A DNA stretch of 64,000 nt from Syntrophomonadaceae bacterium (GCA_050949885.1 JBMNGO010000007.1:103549-167548), one strand, 5' to 3'. Positions 49,963-58,837 are shown, numbered from the stretch's first letter. Notes: generated by a model not told the origin, from the letters alone. Numbers and translations: made by a program.

Positions 49963-50376
49963 ATGATACCGCTTTCGGTAGAAGAGCTTCAAGAATATGT
50001 TAACCAGATTCCCATTAATCAACACTTCAATGTTCAGGTAATGGAAATTGGTGAAGGTTACGCCAAGACCATGACCCCGTTTAACCCCACTCTTACCAAC
50101 CGGTGGCATAACACCCATGGTGGAACCTTTATGACTATATCGGATATTACCTTTTTCCTGGCCTTATCCAGCTTAAATGGGCTGGATACATCAGGGAATA
50201 CTTCCACAGTAGAGATAAAAACAAATTTCCTCAGTCCCAACAAGGATAGTGAGCTCTATGCAGAGGCCAGAATAATAAAAAACGGGAGAAGAAACATATT
50301 TGGGGACGTTAGTATAAAGAATTCCGCAGGAAAGGTTGTTGCCCATTCCACAGTAACCTATTTTAAAAATAGATAA
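49963..50376 (+). CDS. PaaI/4HBT-type hotdog-fold thioesterase
   Basis: 137 aa with NRWHNTHGGTFMTISD (PaaI-like HGG motif). RBS AGGGAGGG. Confidence 0.75.
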   Translation: MIPLSVEELQEYVNQIPINQHFNVQVMEIGEGYAKTMTPFNPTLTNRWHNTHGGTFMTISDITFFLALSSLNGLDTSGNTSTVEIKTNFLSPNKDSELYAEARIIKNGRRNIFGDVSIKNSAGKVVAHSTVTYFKNR

Positions 50377-50476
50377 GGGGACAGGTATTATCACGGGGAC
50401 AGGCACCTTGATTCTTCTGGAAAAATTATGGACGTCATCGCACCTAGCTGAAAAGAATCAAGGCACCTGTCCCCGT
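50377..50476. repeat. complete palindromic copy of the dispersed repeat (24-bp arms, 36-nt spacer) with a partial tandem duplication at its left edge
   Basis: Arms are 50393..50416 ACGGGGACAGGCACCTTGATTCTT and 50453..50476 AAGAATCAAGGCACCTGTCCCCGT, with 2 central mismatches. GGGGACAGGTATTA is duplicated at 50377. Confidence 0.8.
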
Positions 50477-50611
50477 TATTCGGTGAACAAATCGAATGCT
50501 GTAAAAAATACCCGTAATTTGTTATAGTAAAACAAGTTCCAGGATGTATTATCTTAATGCCTCGAGGCAGATTGGTCTTTAAACGGGTACAGGATAAATG
50601 GGGGTAGAAAA

Positions 50612-51889
50612 GTGGAATTCAATTTTTCCAAATTGGGTCAGGCACTAAAACAGAGAAAACTGTCGAGGCGGACCAAATGGATAGCAGCAATATTGATAGT
50701 AGCAGCTGGTGTGGGATTTTTCTCTTGGAGGAGCGGTAACCAGCCTATACCGGTAGAAGTAACCGAATTAAAGCTACAGGATATAGAGAAAACAGTACTG
50801 GCCAATGGCCGTTTGGAGGCCGCTATTCGTCAGGAATTTTTTACCCCGGTAAACAGTACCCTTATGGAGTTAAATGTGAAAGCCGGTGACCGGGTTAAGA
50901 AAGATGATGTTCTGGGAAGGTTGGACAGCCTGGAGCTGGCCCGGCAATATAAGCAGGCCATGGCTGTACTGGCATCCCGGGAAGCTGAATTGGCTAAAGC
51001 TGATGCTGTTAGTGATGAGCTTAACCTTAAGGAGGCTGAAGCGGAATACAATCTGGCCAAGAATCACCTAACCCGAATCAACCAGTTATACGAGGCAGGT
51101 GCAGTTAGCCAGGAGGAACTGGAATCGGCTCAGCTTCAAGAACTGAAGAGCAGAGTCCGTTATAATGAAGTTAAAATCCGTTTAGAACAAGGCGCCGGTG
51201 GCAAACAGAAGGCTTCCTTGGAGGCTCAGGCAGAATTGGCACGTCAGGAAATGGAGCAGGCCAAAGAGCGTCTGGATATGGCTACCTTTATTGCTGAATT
51301 TGACGGAGTGGTAACCAGTGTGAATGCCCAGGAAGGCAACCGGGTTATGGAAGGCACTCCATTGCTGGAATTGTGCAGCGAAGAGGTACTGGAGGTTACA
51401 GCCAATATTAATGAGATTGATGCTGGCAGCCTGGAACCTGGACAGGCCGTCCGGGTAAACTGTTTGGCCCTGCCGGGTAAAGAGTACCAGGGGGTAGTCT
51501 ATAAAGTAGGCGGCGCTGCCGTTATCCAGAGAAGCAATAGCGGAGAACTGGTTAATGTGCCGGTAACCGTAAAGCTGGAAGGGGAAACTGAAGAACTTAA
51601 AATCGGTTATACGGTGGATCTCACCATAAACATACCGGGTGAACAGAATGTTCTGGCCATTCCCGTTGAAGCCATTGTGGAAAAGGATAATGGCAAGACG
51701 GTTTTTGTGGTTAAGGATGGAATAGCCCATGAACAGCAGGTAGAAACCAGGATGGGAAATGAACTGCTGGATATTGTAATCTCGGGTCTGGAACCGGGTG
51801 ATCAGGTAATAGTAAGTCCCCCGGTGAACCTCCTGCCCGGTCAAAAAGTTAAGGATAGGTCAGGAGCCGATCATGATAAAGATAAATAA
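50612..51889 (+). CDS. efflux periplasmic adaptor (HlyD/MacA family)
   Basis: N-terminal TM segment, lipoyl-like and coiled-coil hairpin regions. Followed by MacB-type genes. Confidence 0.85.
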   Translation: MEFNFSKLGQALKQRKLSRRTKWIAAILIVAAGVGFFSWRSGNQPIPVEVTELKLQDIEKTVLANGRLEAAIRQEFFTPVNSTLMELNVKAGDRVKKDDVLGRLDSLELARQYKQAMAVLASREAELAKADAVSDELNLKEAEAEYNLAKNHLTRINQLYEAGAVSQEELESAQLQELKSRVRYNEVKIRLEQGAGGKQKASLEAQAELARQEMEQAKERLDMATFIAEFDGVVTSVNAQEGNRVMEGTPLLELCSEEVLEVTANINEIDAGSLEPGQAVRVNCLALPGKEYQGVVYKVGGAAVIQRSNSGELVNVPVTVKLEGETEELKIGYTVDLTINIPGEQNVLAIPVEAIVEKDNGKTVFVVKDGIAHEQQVETRMGNELLDIVISGLEPGDQVIVSPPVNLLPGQKVKDRSGADHDKDK

Positions 51890-52607
51890 TCTGAGCAAAA
51901 CCTATTCAACTGGAAGTCTCCATGTTCCAGCCCTGCGGGGTATAACCCTCAACATTGCTCGGGGGGAATTTGTAGCCATTACCGGCGCTTCCGGTTCTGG
52001 AAAGTCGACTTTAATGAACCTGTTGGGACTTCTGGATAGACCCAGCGGAGGCAGCTATGTTCTGGACGGGATCGATACTGCAGGTTTGGATGATGACGAA
52101 TATGCCCGCCTGCGCAACCTAAAAATAGGCTTTGTGTTTCAGGCTTTTAACCTTCTGCCCCGGCTGAATGCCCAGAAAAATGTGGAACTGGCCATGCTCT
52201 ATGCCGGCGTGGGTCCGGCTGAACGGAGAAAGAGGGCCATAGAAGGATTGACCAGATTGGGTCTGGCAGATCGTATACATCATTTTCCCAGTGAATTGTC
52301 CGGAGGACAGAACCAGCGGGTGGCTATCGCCCGGGCCCTGGCCAATAACCCGGCCATCTTGCTGGCTGATGAGCCTACCGGGGCCTTGGACAGCCAAACC
52401 GGTCTGGAAATAATGAGTATCTTTCAAGAGCTTAACCGCCATGGAACCACTATTGTGCTGGTGACCCATGAACCGGATATAGCCCGCCATGCCCGGCGAA
52501 TTCTGCGTATGGCCGATGGGCTCTTAATAGCAGACGAAAAGGTGGCTGCTCCCCTTGATGCAGCCCAATACAGACCATCAATTGCCAAACCGGGGGACGA
52601 GGCATGA
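51873..52607 (+). CDS. ABC transporter ATP-binding protein (MacB/LolD type)
   Basis: Walker A GASGSGKST, signature LSGGQNQR and Walker B LLADEPTGALD are all intact. Confidence 0.92.
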   Translation: MIKINNLSKTYSTGSLHVPALRGITLNIARGEFVAITGASGSGKSTLMNLLGLLDRPSGGSYVLDGIDTAGLDDDEYARLRNLKIGFVFQAFNLLPRLNAQKNVELAMLYAGVGPAERRKRAIEGLTRLGLADRIHHFPSELSGGQNQRVAIARALANNPAILLADEPTGALDSQTGLEIMSIFQELNRHGTTIVLVTHEPDIARHARRILRMADGLLIADEKVAAPLDAAQYRPSIAKPGDEA

Positions 52608-53788
52608 ATATCGGAGAACTGGTACTAGTAGCTATTGACAACATCAGAAGTAACAAACTCAGGACCTTTCTCACTACCCTGGGTATTGTAATAGGAATTG
52701 CCGCGGTAATAGCCATAGTGGGCATTGGGCAGGGCGGGCAAGCCATGCTGATGCAGGAAATGGAGAAATTCGGCACCAACCTTTTCGGTATATGGGTGAA
52801 CTACCGGGAGGGGGAGAGTTGGCGCCCCGGAGACTTGACCATGGCTGATATTGACATTATCAAGGAAAAGGTTGCCGAGGTGAAATACCTGGCTCCGGTA
52901 AGCTATGCCCGAATGCAGTTTCGGGGTGAAAAAGGGGAAAAAGCAGTACAGGTAATAGGAACCACTGCTGATTACGCTTATGTTAGAAACTTGGAGACCC
53001 GTTGGGGGAGATTCATACGAGACGATGATGCGGATGCCGGCCGGAGAGTAGTGGTGCTGGATGAGAAAACCGCCCGGGATCTCTTAGGACCCGGAAATCC
53101 GGTGGGCAAAAGAGTAATGCTGATGAATAACTCGGCCGTTGTTGTTGGGGTCATAAAGAGTGACAGTTCCATGCTTGGTTTTAATTCTCAGCAGATTGCC
53201 TATGTACCCTGGCAATTTTGGACTCAGCTGACTGATTGGAGAGAAATTCATGAGTTTATGGGAAGCGCAGTCAGCAAAGAAGCAGTAGACCCGGCTATGA
53301 ATCTGAGTAAAAAGGTACTGGAAAGGCGTCATAATGCTCCTAATCATTACTATGCCTACAGTATGGAACAGGAAATGGAGGCTGCCAATAAGGTTACCGG
53401 CATCATGACCCTGGTAATAGGCTGTATTGCCGGAATTTCCCTCCTGGTGGGAGGAATCGGGGTAATGAACATAATGCTGGTTTCGGTTACTGAACGAACC
53501 CGGGAAATAGGTATTAGGATGGCCTTGGGCGCACGCCGCAAAGATATACTAGTCCAGTTTATTATCGAATCCGTTGTGCTTTGCCTATTAGGAGGTTTCA
53601 TTGGTATAATCGTGGGATATGGCGGAGCTTTCCTGATTGCTGCACTGGCCAAGTGGCCCCCCTTTGTTTCCTGGTGGACCATCATAATAGCCTGCGCCTT
53701 TTCCATTGCAGTAGGGCTTTTCTTCGGTATTTACCCCGCCAACCAGGCTTCCAAGCTGGATCCCATCGAGGCTTTACGCAGGGAATAA
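52604..53788 (+). CDS. ABC transporter permease (MacB/FtsX type)
   Basis: 394 aa. MacB periplasmic domain between TM1 and TM2, C-terminal FtsX-like TM segments, ends ...KLDPIEALRRE. Confidence 0.9.
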   Translation: MNIGELVLVAIDNIRSNKLRTFLTTLGIVIGIAAVIAIVGIGQGGQAMLMQEMEKFGTNLFGIWVNYREGESWRPGDLTMADIDIIKEKVAEVKYLAPVSYARMQFRGEKGEKAVQVIGTTADYAYVRNLETRWGRFIRDDDADAGRRVVVLDEKTARDLLGPGNPVGKRVMLMNNSAVVVGVIKSDSSMLGFNSQQIAYVPWQFWTQLTDWREIHEFMGSAVSKEAVDPAMNLSKKVLERRHNAPNHYYAYSMEQEMEAANKVTGIMTLVIGCIAGISLLVGGIGVMNIMLVSVTERTREIGIRMALGARRKDILVQFIIESVVLCLLGGFIGIIVGYGGAFLIAALAKWPPFVSWWTIIIACAFSIAVGLFFGIYPANQASKLDPIEALRRE

Positions 53789-54124
53789 GAGCCCCGCTGT
53801 TAATTTATCCTTATATTCAGATAATACCGTATTTTAGTGCCAGGGACGGCAGACTGGGTGAATACTATTATAGAATAGAGTTCAGCTGCAATGTCCAAAA
53901 GGCGGTAGACAGTGAAGTCATAAATAATCCGGCTGATGGCGTAAAGTTGTGTCTGGTTTGTTCCAACGTGATGGATTATAATTGGGCCAAGCCTGCGACA
54001 AAATACAACTTGGTTTTAATAATGATACGAATTTTCTTGGGATACGGCAAAATATTGAGCGAAATTAGGATCGCAGAGCACCCAGCAGAAGGGCTGGAGT
54101 CTATGAATGGAAAGGAGTTGGCCT

Positions 54125-56758
54125 ATGACAGCAATACCCCTGCAAGATGGTATTTATTGGGTGGGCGTGCGCGACCCCGAGCTCCGGATTTTTGACGCAG
54201 TCATGACCACTGACGTCGGCACCAGCTATAATGCCTACTTGATTAAAGGCAGCCAAAAAACGGTGCTGATAGAGGTGTGCGAGGACAAGTTTTTTGACCA
54301 GTATGTAGCCAATGTCAATAGCGTTGCCAACCTTGCCGATGTCGATTATCTGATTATGAATCATACTGAACCGGATCATTCCGAAGCAGTTGCCAAATTG
54401 ATCGACCTTGTACCTAACTTGACGATCCTGGGCAGTCCAACCGCCCTTAGCTTTTTGCGGGAAATCACCAATAAACCGTTCCAAGCGCAGGAGGTAAATG
54501 ACGGCGACCGGCTGGATTTGGGCGGGAGGACGCTGCGCTTTATCAGTGCGCCATTCCTGCACTGGCCGGACACCATTATTACTTATCTGGAAGAGGATCA
54601 AATCCTTTTCACCTGCGATGTATTCGGCTCACATTACCCGGATGAACGCCTTTTCAATGATTTGATGGAAAGCAATTTTCTCACCCCTTATAAGGAATAT
54701 TTTGACGCTATTATGGGGCCATTCAAACCTTACGTTTTAGAAGCCCTGGACAAGATCCAAGACCTTCCTCTGGCTATGGTAGCCCCCGGGCACGGTCCGG
54801 TTTTGCGTCAGGACATCGATCGCTATATCGATCTGTACCGGCAGTGGTCCACACGAGAGCCTATTCCCAAGAGCGATAAGCCCAAGATTGTTTTGGCCTA
54901 TCTCAGTGTCTACGGTTTTACCGAAAAGCTGGCCAACAGCATCGTTGATGGTATAACCAGCATCGGAGATTTTGATATCAGGCGATACCGCTTGATAGAA
55001 GATAAACTTGATGATCCGGAGCTTTTGGAGCGGGTGGCGGAGGATCTTTTAGATGCCAGTGGGTTTTTAATCGGATCGAATACCGTTAATGGCGATGCTC
55101 TGCCCCAGGTCTGGAAGCTGCTCAGCCGTTTGTCTCCTATATCTCATGGGGATAAAGTGGCCATGGCCTTCGGTTCCTATGGTTGGAGCGGGGAAGCGGT
55201 GCCCAGCATCGAAAACCGTCTGCAGGCCTTGCGCATGCAGGTTATGCCAGGCTTGCGGGTAAGGTTCAAACCAGGTGACGGCAGCCTGGAGGATGCCTTT
55301 ATGCTGGGCATGGATTTTGGACGGGCCATTATGGAAAAGAGACAGGATAAATCCATGCAGCGCTGGCGCTGTCTGGTATGCGGGCATATTCATGTCGGGG
55401 CCAAGCCGCCTGCGGTGTGCCCGGCCTGTGGAGTAGGTTCCGAAAACTTTGTGCGCGAGTCCAAGGAAGATGAGTTTATCAACGACACCCAGGATAAATT
55501 CGTGATTGTTGGCGGGGGTATTGCCGCCCTGTCAGCTGCTCAGGCCATTCGCAAGCGCAACCGCACAGCAGCCATCCTGATGCTCAGTGAAGAGGAATAT
55601 AAACCCTATTACCGGCCGGCTTTATCAGACCTGCTAAGTGAGGATCTGCCTGATGATCGGTTGTATGTATTTAATTCAGCCTGGTATGAGGAAAACCGAG
55701 TGGAACTCAGGACTAAAACCCGGGTGGCCAAGATTGAACCAGACCAGCAGTTAGTGGTTACAGAACAGGGGGAGAATATCCCTTACACCAAATTAATCAT
55801 CGCTACCGGATCCCGCAGTAACCTCCCTCCTTTCCAGGGGCTGGAAAACCACGGTGTTTATAGCCTGCGCAGCCTGCACGACGCCTTGCTATTGAAGGAA
55901 GCCATTAAGTCGGCCAAGCAGGCAGTGGTTATTGGCGGGGGCGTGCTGGGATTGGAAGCGGTATGGGAAATGGTTTCCAGCGGAGTTGAGGTAGCGGTGG
56001 TGGAGTTCAGCCAGCGCATAATGCCCCGGCAGTTGGACGAACCGTCCTCCCTGCGTTTGCAGCAGTTGATGGAAGCTAAGGGAGTGAAGCTGTACCTGGG
56101 CCTGGGGGTCGAGGAAATCGTGGGCGACGGCCGGGTGCAGGGCGTGCGTCTCAATGACGGGCAGCTGTTGGAAGCGGATCTAGTGCTATTATCGACCGGC
56201 GTAAGGCCCAATGTGGAGTTGGCCCGGGAGGCTGGCATTGAAGTGGCTCAAGGGGTGGTGGTGGACAGCCGCATGCGCACCAATCTTTCCAATATCTATG
56301 CCGCTGGGGACTGTGCCCAGTTTGGGGACCGGCTGGTGGGACTTTGGCCGGTTTCTTTGGAGATGGGGAGGATAGCCGGAGCTGCGGCTGCTGGTGATTG
56401 GCTGGAATATAAGGCCCCTCTGCTGTCAACTATGCTGGCTGCTTTTGATATGGAGATATTCTCCATCGGAGACGTCAATCTGCCCTCCGACCAATGCCGG
56501 ATAGTGGAAGTCAAAGATCCGGTGGAGGACTTCTTCAAGCGCAGCTATTTTAAAGATGGGGTTTTAGTGGGAGAAATCATCATTGCCCCCCGGGTGGACA
56601 CTACTCCATCAGTACAGAATTGGGGCCGGGACAGCAGCGGGAAGAAACGCGGCAATCGCTGGAAATGCCGGGTCTGCGGCTATATACATGAGGGGCCCGA
56701 ACCTCCCGATTTTTGCCCGGTATGCGGCGCTTCCAAAGACATGTTTGATCCAGCGTGA
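54125..56758 (+). CDS. multidomain flavodiiron protein: metallo-beta-lactamase-like di-iron + flavodoxin + rubredoxin-like + NAD(P)H:rubredoxin oxidoreductase + C-terminal rubredoxin-like domain
   Basis: HTEPDH di-iron motif, a flavodoxin-like segment, WRCLVCGHIH...CPACG, FAD/NAD folds VIVGGGIAALSAA and AVVIGGGVLGLEA, and C-terminal WKCRVCGYIH...CPVCG. The start is set at ATG 54125, 7 nt after GGAAAGGAG. Confidence 0.85.
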   Translation: MTAIPLQDGIYWVGVRDPELRIFDAVMTTDVGTSYNAYLIKGSQKTVLIEVCEDKFFDQYVANVNSVANLADVDYLIMNHTEPDHSEAVAKLIDLVPNLTILGSPTALSFLREITNKPFQAQEVNDGDRLDLGGRTLRFISAPFLHWPDTIITYLEEDQILFTCDVFGSHYPDERLFNDLMESNFLTPYKEYFDAIMGPFKPYVLEALDKIQDLPLAMVAPGHGPVLRQDIDRYIDLYRQWSTREPIPKSDKPKIVLAYLSVYGFTEKLANSIVDGITSIGDFDIRRYRLIEDKLDDPELLERVAEDLLDASGFLIGSNTVNGDALPQVWKLLSRLSPISHGDKVAMAFGSYGWSGEAVPSIENRLQALRMQVMPGLRVRFKPGDGSLEDAFMLGMDFGRAIMEKRQDKSMQRWRCLVCGHIHVGAKPPAVCPACGVGSENFVRESKEDEFINDTQDKFVIVGGGIAALSAAQAIRKRNRTAAILMLSEEEYKPYYRPALSDLLSEDLPDDRLYVFNSAWYEENRVELRTKTRVAKIEPDQQLVVTEQGENIPYTKLIIATGSRSNLPPFQGLENHGVYSLRSLHDALLLKEAIKSAKQAVVIGGGVLGLEAVWEMVSSGVEVAVVEFSQRIMPRQLDEPSSLRLQQLMEAKGVKLYLGLGVEEIVGDGRVQGVRLNDGQLLEADLVLLSTGVRPNVELAREAGIEVAQGVVVDSRMRTNLSNIYAAGDCAQFGDRLVGLWPVSLEMGRIAGAAAAGDWLEYKAPLLSTMLAAFDMEIFSIGDVNLPSDQCRIVEVKDPVEDFFKRSYFKDGVLVGEIIIAPRVDTTPSVQNWGRDSSGKKRGNRWKCRVCGYIHEGPEPPDFCPVCGASKDMFDPA

Positions 56759-56764
56759 CTAGGG

Positions 56765-56828
56765 GACGGTTCTGTTGGCACCAAGGGGGGCGCAAACATG
56801 CGCCCCCCTTGGTGCCAACAGAACCGTC
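56765..56828. repeat. perfect 29-bp inverted repeat with 6-nt loop between convergent genes
   Basis: GACGGTTCTGTTGGCACCAAGGGGGGCGC-AAACAT-GCGCCCCCCTTGGTGCCAACAGAACCGTC. No flanking U-tract. Confidence 0.85.
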
Positions 56829-56905
56829 AGACTGTTATAAAGCTATAACCAACCATTCAGGCCCAGGTAATAAACAGATGCCAATTGCCCATTGGTCAAG
56901 GTTAG

Positions 56906-57079
56906 TTATTTGGAAATAAAAGTGGCACAGTCTGTATCTTGGGTATTCCTGGCATCGGGTGGTTGAATTTCAATTTGCGCTGCCATACAATGGTCACCCT
57001 CGCCGTAATAATAGCAACTGCTGACACAGCATTTGACTCCCTGCAAACTCCGTTTTTCTTTTGGCACTCTTCCGTGCAT
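56906..57079 (-). CDS. DUF1540-family small cysteine-rich protein (below the ORF-track length cutoff)
   Basis: 57 aa: MHGRVPKEKRSLQGVKCCVSSCYYYGEGDHCMAAQIEIQPPDARNTQDTDCATFISK. RBS AAGGAGG lies 8 nt upstream. Matches the DUF1540 pattern V.C.V..C.Y....C.A..I.....T.C.TF. Confidence 0.8.
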   Translation of the reverse strand: MHGRVPKEKRSLQGVKCCVSSCYYYGEGDHCMAAQIEIQPPDARNTQDTDCATFISK

Positions 57080-57297
57080 ATATTATTACCTCCTTATTTT
57101 AGATTCATTTTTATTATTTCATTATGAACATTTAATTATGTTCAGAGAATTTTGACTAGCAAAAGCAGCTATTTGCAAGGCGGACCCCAAAATGCGCTTG
57201 GCGGGAAGAGGTAAAATCAGGCAATTAATTGCTGTATTCACAGATACTAATAAAAAAAATAAAATATAGTATTAAAATAAATTTTCAGGAGTCAGTT

Positions 57298-57465
57298 TTG
57301 GCCAGGCAGCTTGAAAAATCGTTAATCAATATAATAGACAGGATAGAGACAGTGAAACAGAAAATTGTCCAAACAGAAGATGAGCTGGAGAGGAAACAAT
57401 TACTACAGCAACTGGACAAATTACAAATGCTGAGATCATATTACATTAAACTGGTGGACCAATAA
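57298..57465 (+). CDS. small helical hypothetical protein
   Basis: 55 aa from a TTG 6 nt after AGGAG. Heptad-like sequence. The longer 57229 start lies in an A/T-rich tract without an RBS. Confidence 0.4.
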   Translation: MARQLEKSLINIIDRIETVKQKIVQTEDELERKQLLQQLDKLQMLRSYYIKLVDQ

Positions 57466-57748
57466 GGGATGTGCCGTTTAGAAGAACCTCTCATCTGGGG
57501 CTAACTTTTTATGAGGGAATAGGTACAATGATCAGTTCTTGCCACAACAGATCGATGGGGGGAATGATCATTGGGTAAATTCGTCTTATAAACCAATCCT
57601 GCCTGGTATAATCAGCAGCTGAGTCTAATTTTTCAACACGTATATTATCTCCTTGGGCAGTCAATAATTTAATAAACTGGCAGTTTGGCAATCCGGCAGT
57701 AGTTGCCGTGAGCTGAACCCCATCTGCTGTACAAAGGAGATTGATAAT

Positions 57749-58348
57749 TTGTTAATGGCTGTGTTGGAACTGGCGGCAATTATCCTGGTAGTGACCCTGG
57801 GCGGCTATTATATTATTAAATACAAGAAAGAATTCCAGTACTTCCGTTTCTTGAACCTGCATATCGTCAATAGCAGTGAAGAAATGCATAAAACCATGGC
57901 AGTAGGCCTTTATCACAGGTTTAAGCAGGAACCTGACGAAGCCGGTCCCATAGAAACTTCATATAGATTCGAAAAATTTGTAGCCAAAGTTATGGTTAAT
58001 TATTATGGAGGTACAACAACTGTAACTAATAACTCAGACGATTATGGGATCCACATCATCCATGACCGTGAAGATGGTCAATATTTAGGCCAGGTAATGT
58101 GTTATGATCCTGATAAGCTGGTACCCTATGACCCCATTGCACTGATACATTCCCAAATGGTCAAAAGGGGGGCAAAGGGCGGATTCGTAGTTACTACCAG
58201 TGATTTCTCTCCCCAGGCCAAAAAATATTCCCAGGATCTGAATATTGAAATAATAAATGGCCGGAAACTTACCGAATATTGGATTAAAGGGCTGGAAGCA
58301 GCGTTAAATTCCGAAAGGGACGAAGAACTAGAGCCGGGACTAATATAA
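57749..58348 (+). CDS. membrane-anchored Mrr-cat (restriction-endonuclease-fold) domain protein with divergent catalytic positions
   Basis: N-terminal TM helix. The C-terminal part matches the PF04471-like pattern (FEKFVAKV..., GGFVVTTSDFSPQAKKY, IEIINGRKL). The expected D...QxK positions read GIHII...VMCY. Confidence 0.6.
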   Translation: MLMAVLELAAIILVVTLGGYYIIKYKKEFQYFRFLNLHIVNSSEEMHKTMAVGLYHRFKQEPDEAGPIETSYRFEKFVAKVMVNYYGGTTTVTNNSDDYGIHIIHDREDGQYLGQVMCYDPDKLVPYDPIALIHSQMVKRGAKGGFVVTTSDFSPQAKKYSQDLNIEIINGRKLTEYWIKGLEAALNSERDEELEPGLI

Positions 58349-58478
58349 ACCATAACTCAATTTTCATGTTTTTTTTGACATTTATGCTTGTTTAAATTAC
58401 AATTGTAATGCCTTGTTCTTGAAGATATCTCCTTTTGGGGAATTCAGTCAAGAGTATTACCTGAAGGGAGATGATCGT

Positions 58479-58790
58479 GTGGCGGAAGACAAATACCTAG
58501 TATGCAAAGAATGTGGTAATGAATTCTTATTCTCAGCATCTGAACAAGATTTTTACGCAGAAAAGGGCTTTGAAAATTTACCCGGCAGATGCCCTGATTG
58601 CAGAAGGGCACGGAAGCAGCAAAGAAATAACTTTGGCGGCGGAAGACGTTACAATGAAGATCGTCCGATGTTTAAGACGATTTGTGCTGCTTGTGGTCAA
58701 GAGACCAGCGTACCATTTGAGCCCAGTGGTGGTAGGCCGGTATATTGCCGGGATTGTTACCAGGCAAACCGCAGCCGTAGCTACAGATAA
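58479..58790 (+). CDS. CxxC-x17-CxxC zinc-ribbon protein (two repeats)
   Basis: GTG start 8 nt after GAAGGGAG. CKECG...CPDCR and CAACG...CRDCY pairs with a basic linker. Confidence 0.7.
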   Translation: MAEDKYLVCKECGNEFLFSASEQDFYAEKGFENLPGRCPDCRRARKQQRNNFGGGRRYNEDRPMFKTICAACGQETSVPFEPSGGRPVYCRDCYQANRSRSYR

Positions 58791-58802
58791 TTCTTAATAC
58801 TC

Positions 58803-58837
58803 AAGAGGGTTAGTAACAAAACTATCCCTCTTTTTTA
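58803..58837 (+). terminator. intrinsic terminator
   Basis: AAGAGGG...CCCTCTT stem with a 16-nt loop, followed by a T-run. Confidence 0.6.

Noticed and set aside
53581-54195. 204-aa + strand ORF spanning the end of the MacB-type permease and the intergenic region.
   Set aside because: It is out of frame within a confidently called permease gene, has no RBS and has odd composition. The intergenic part has no independent support.
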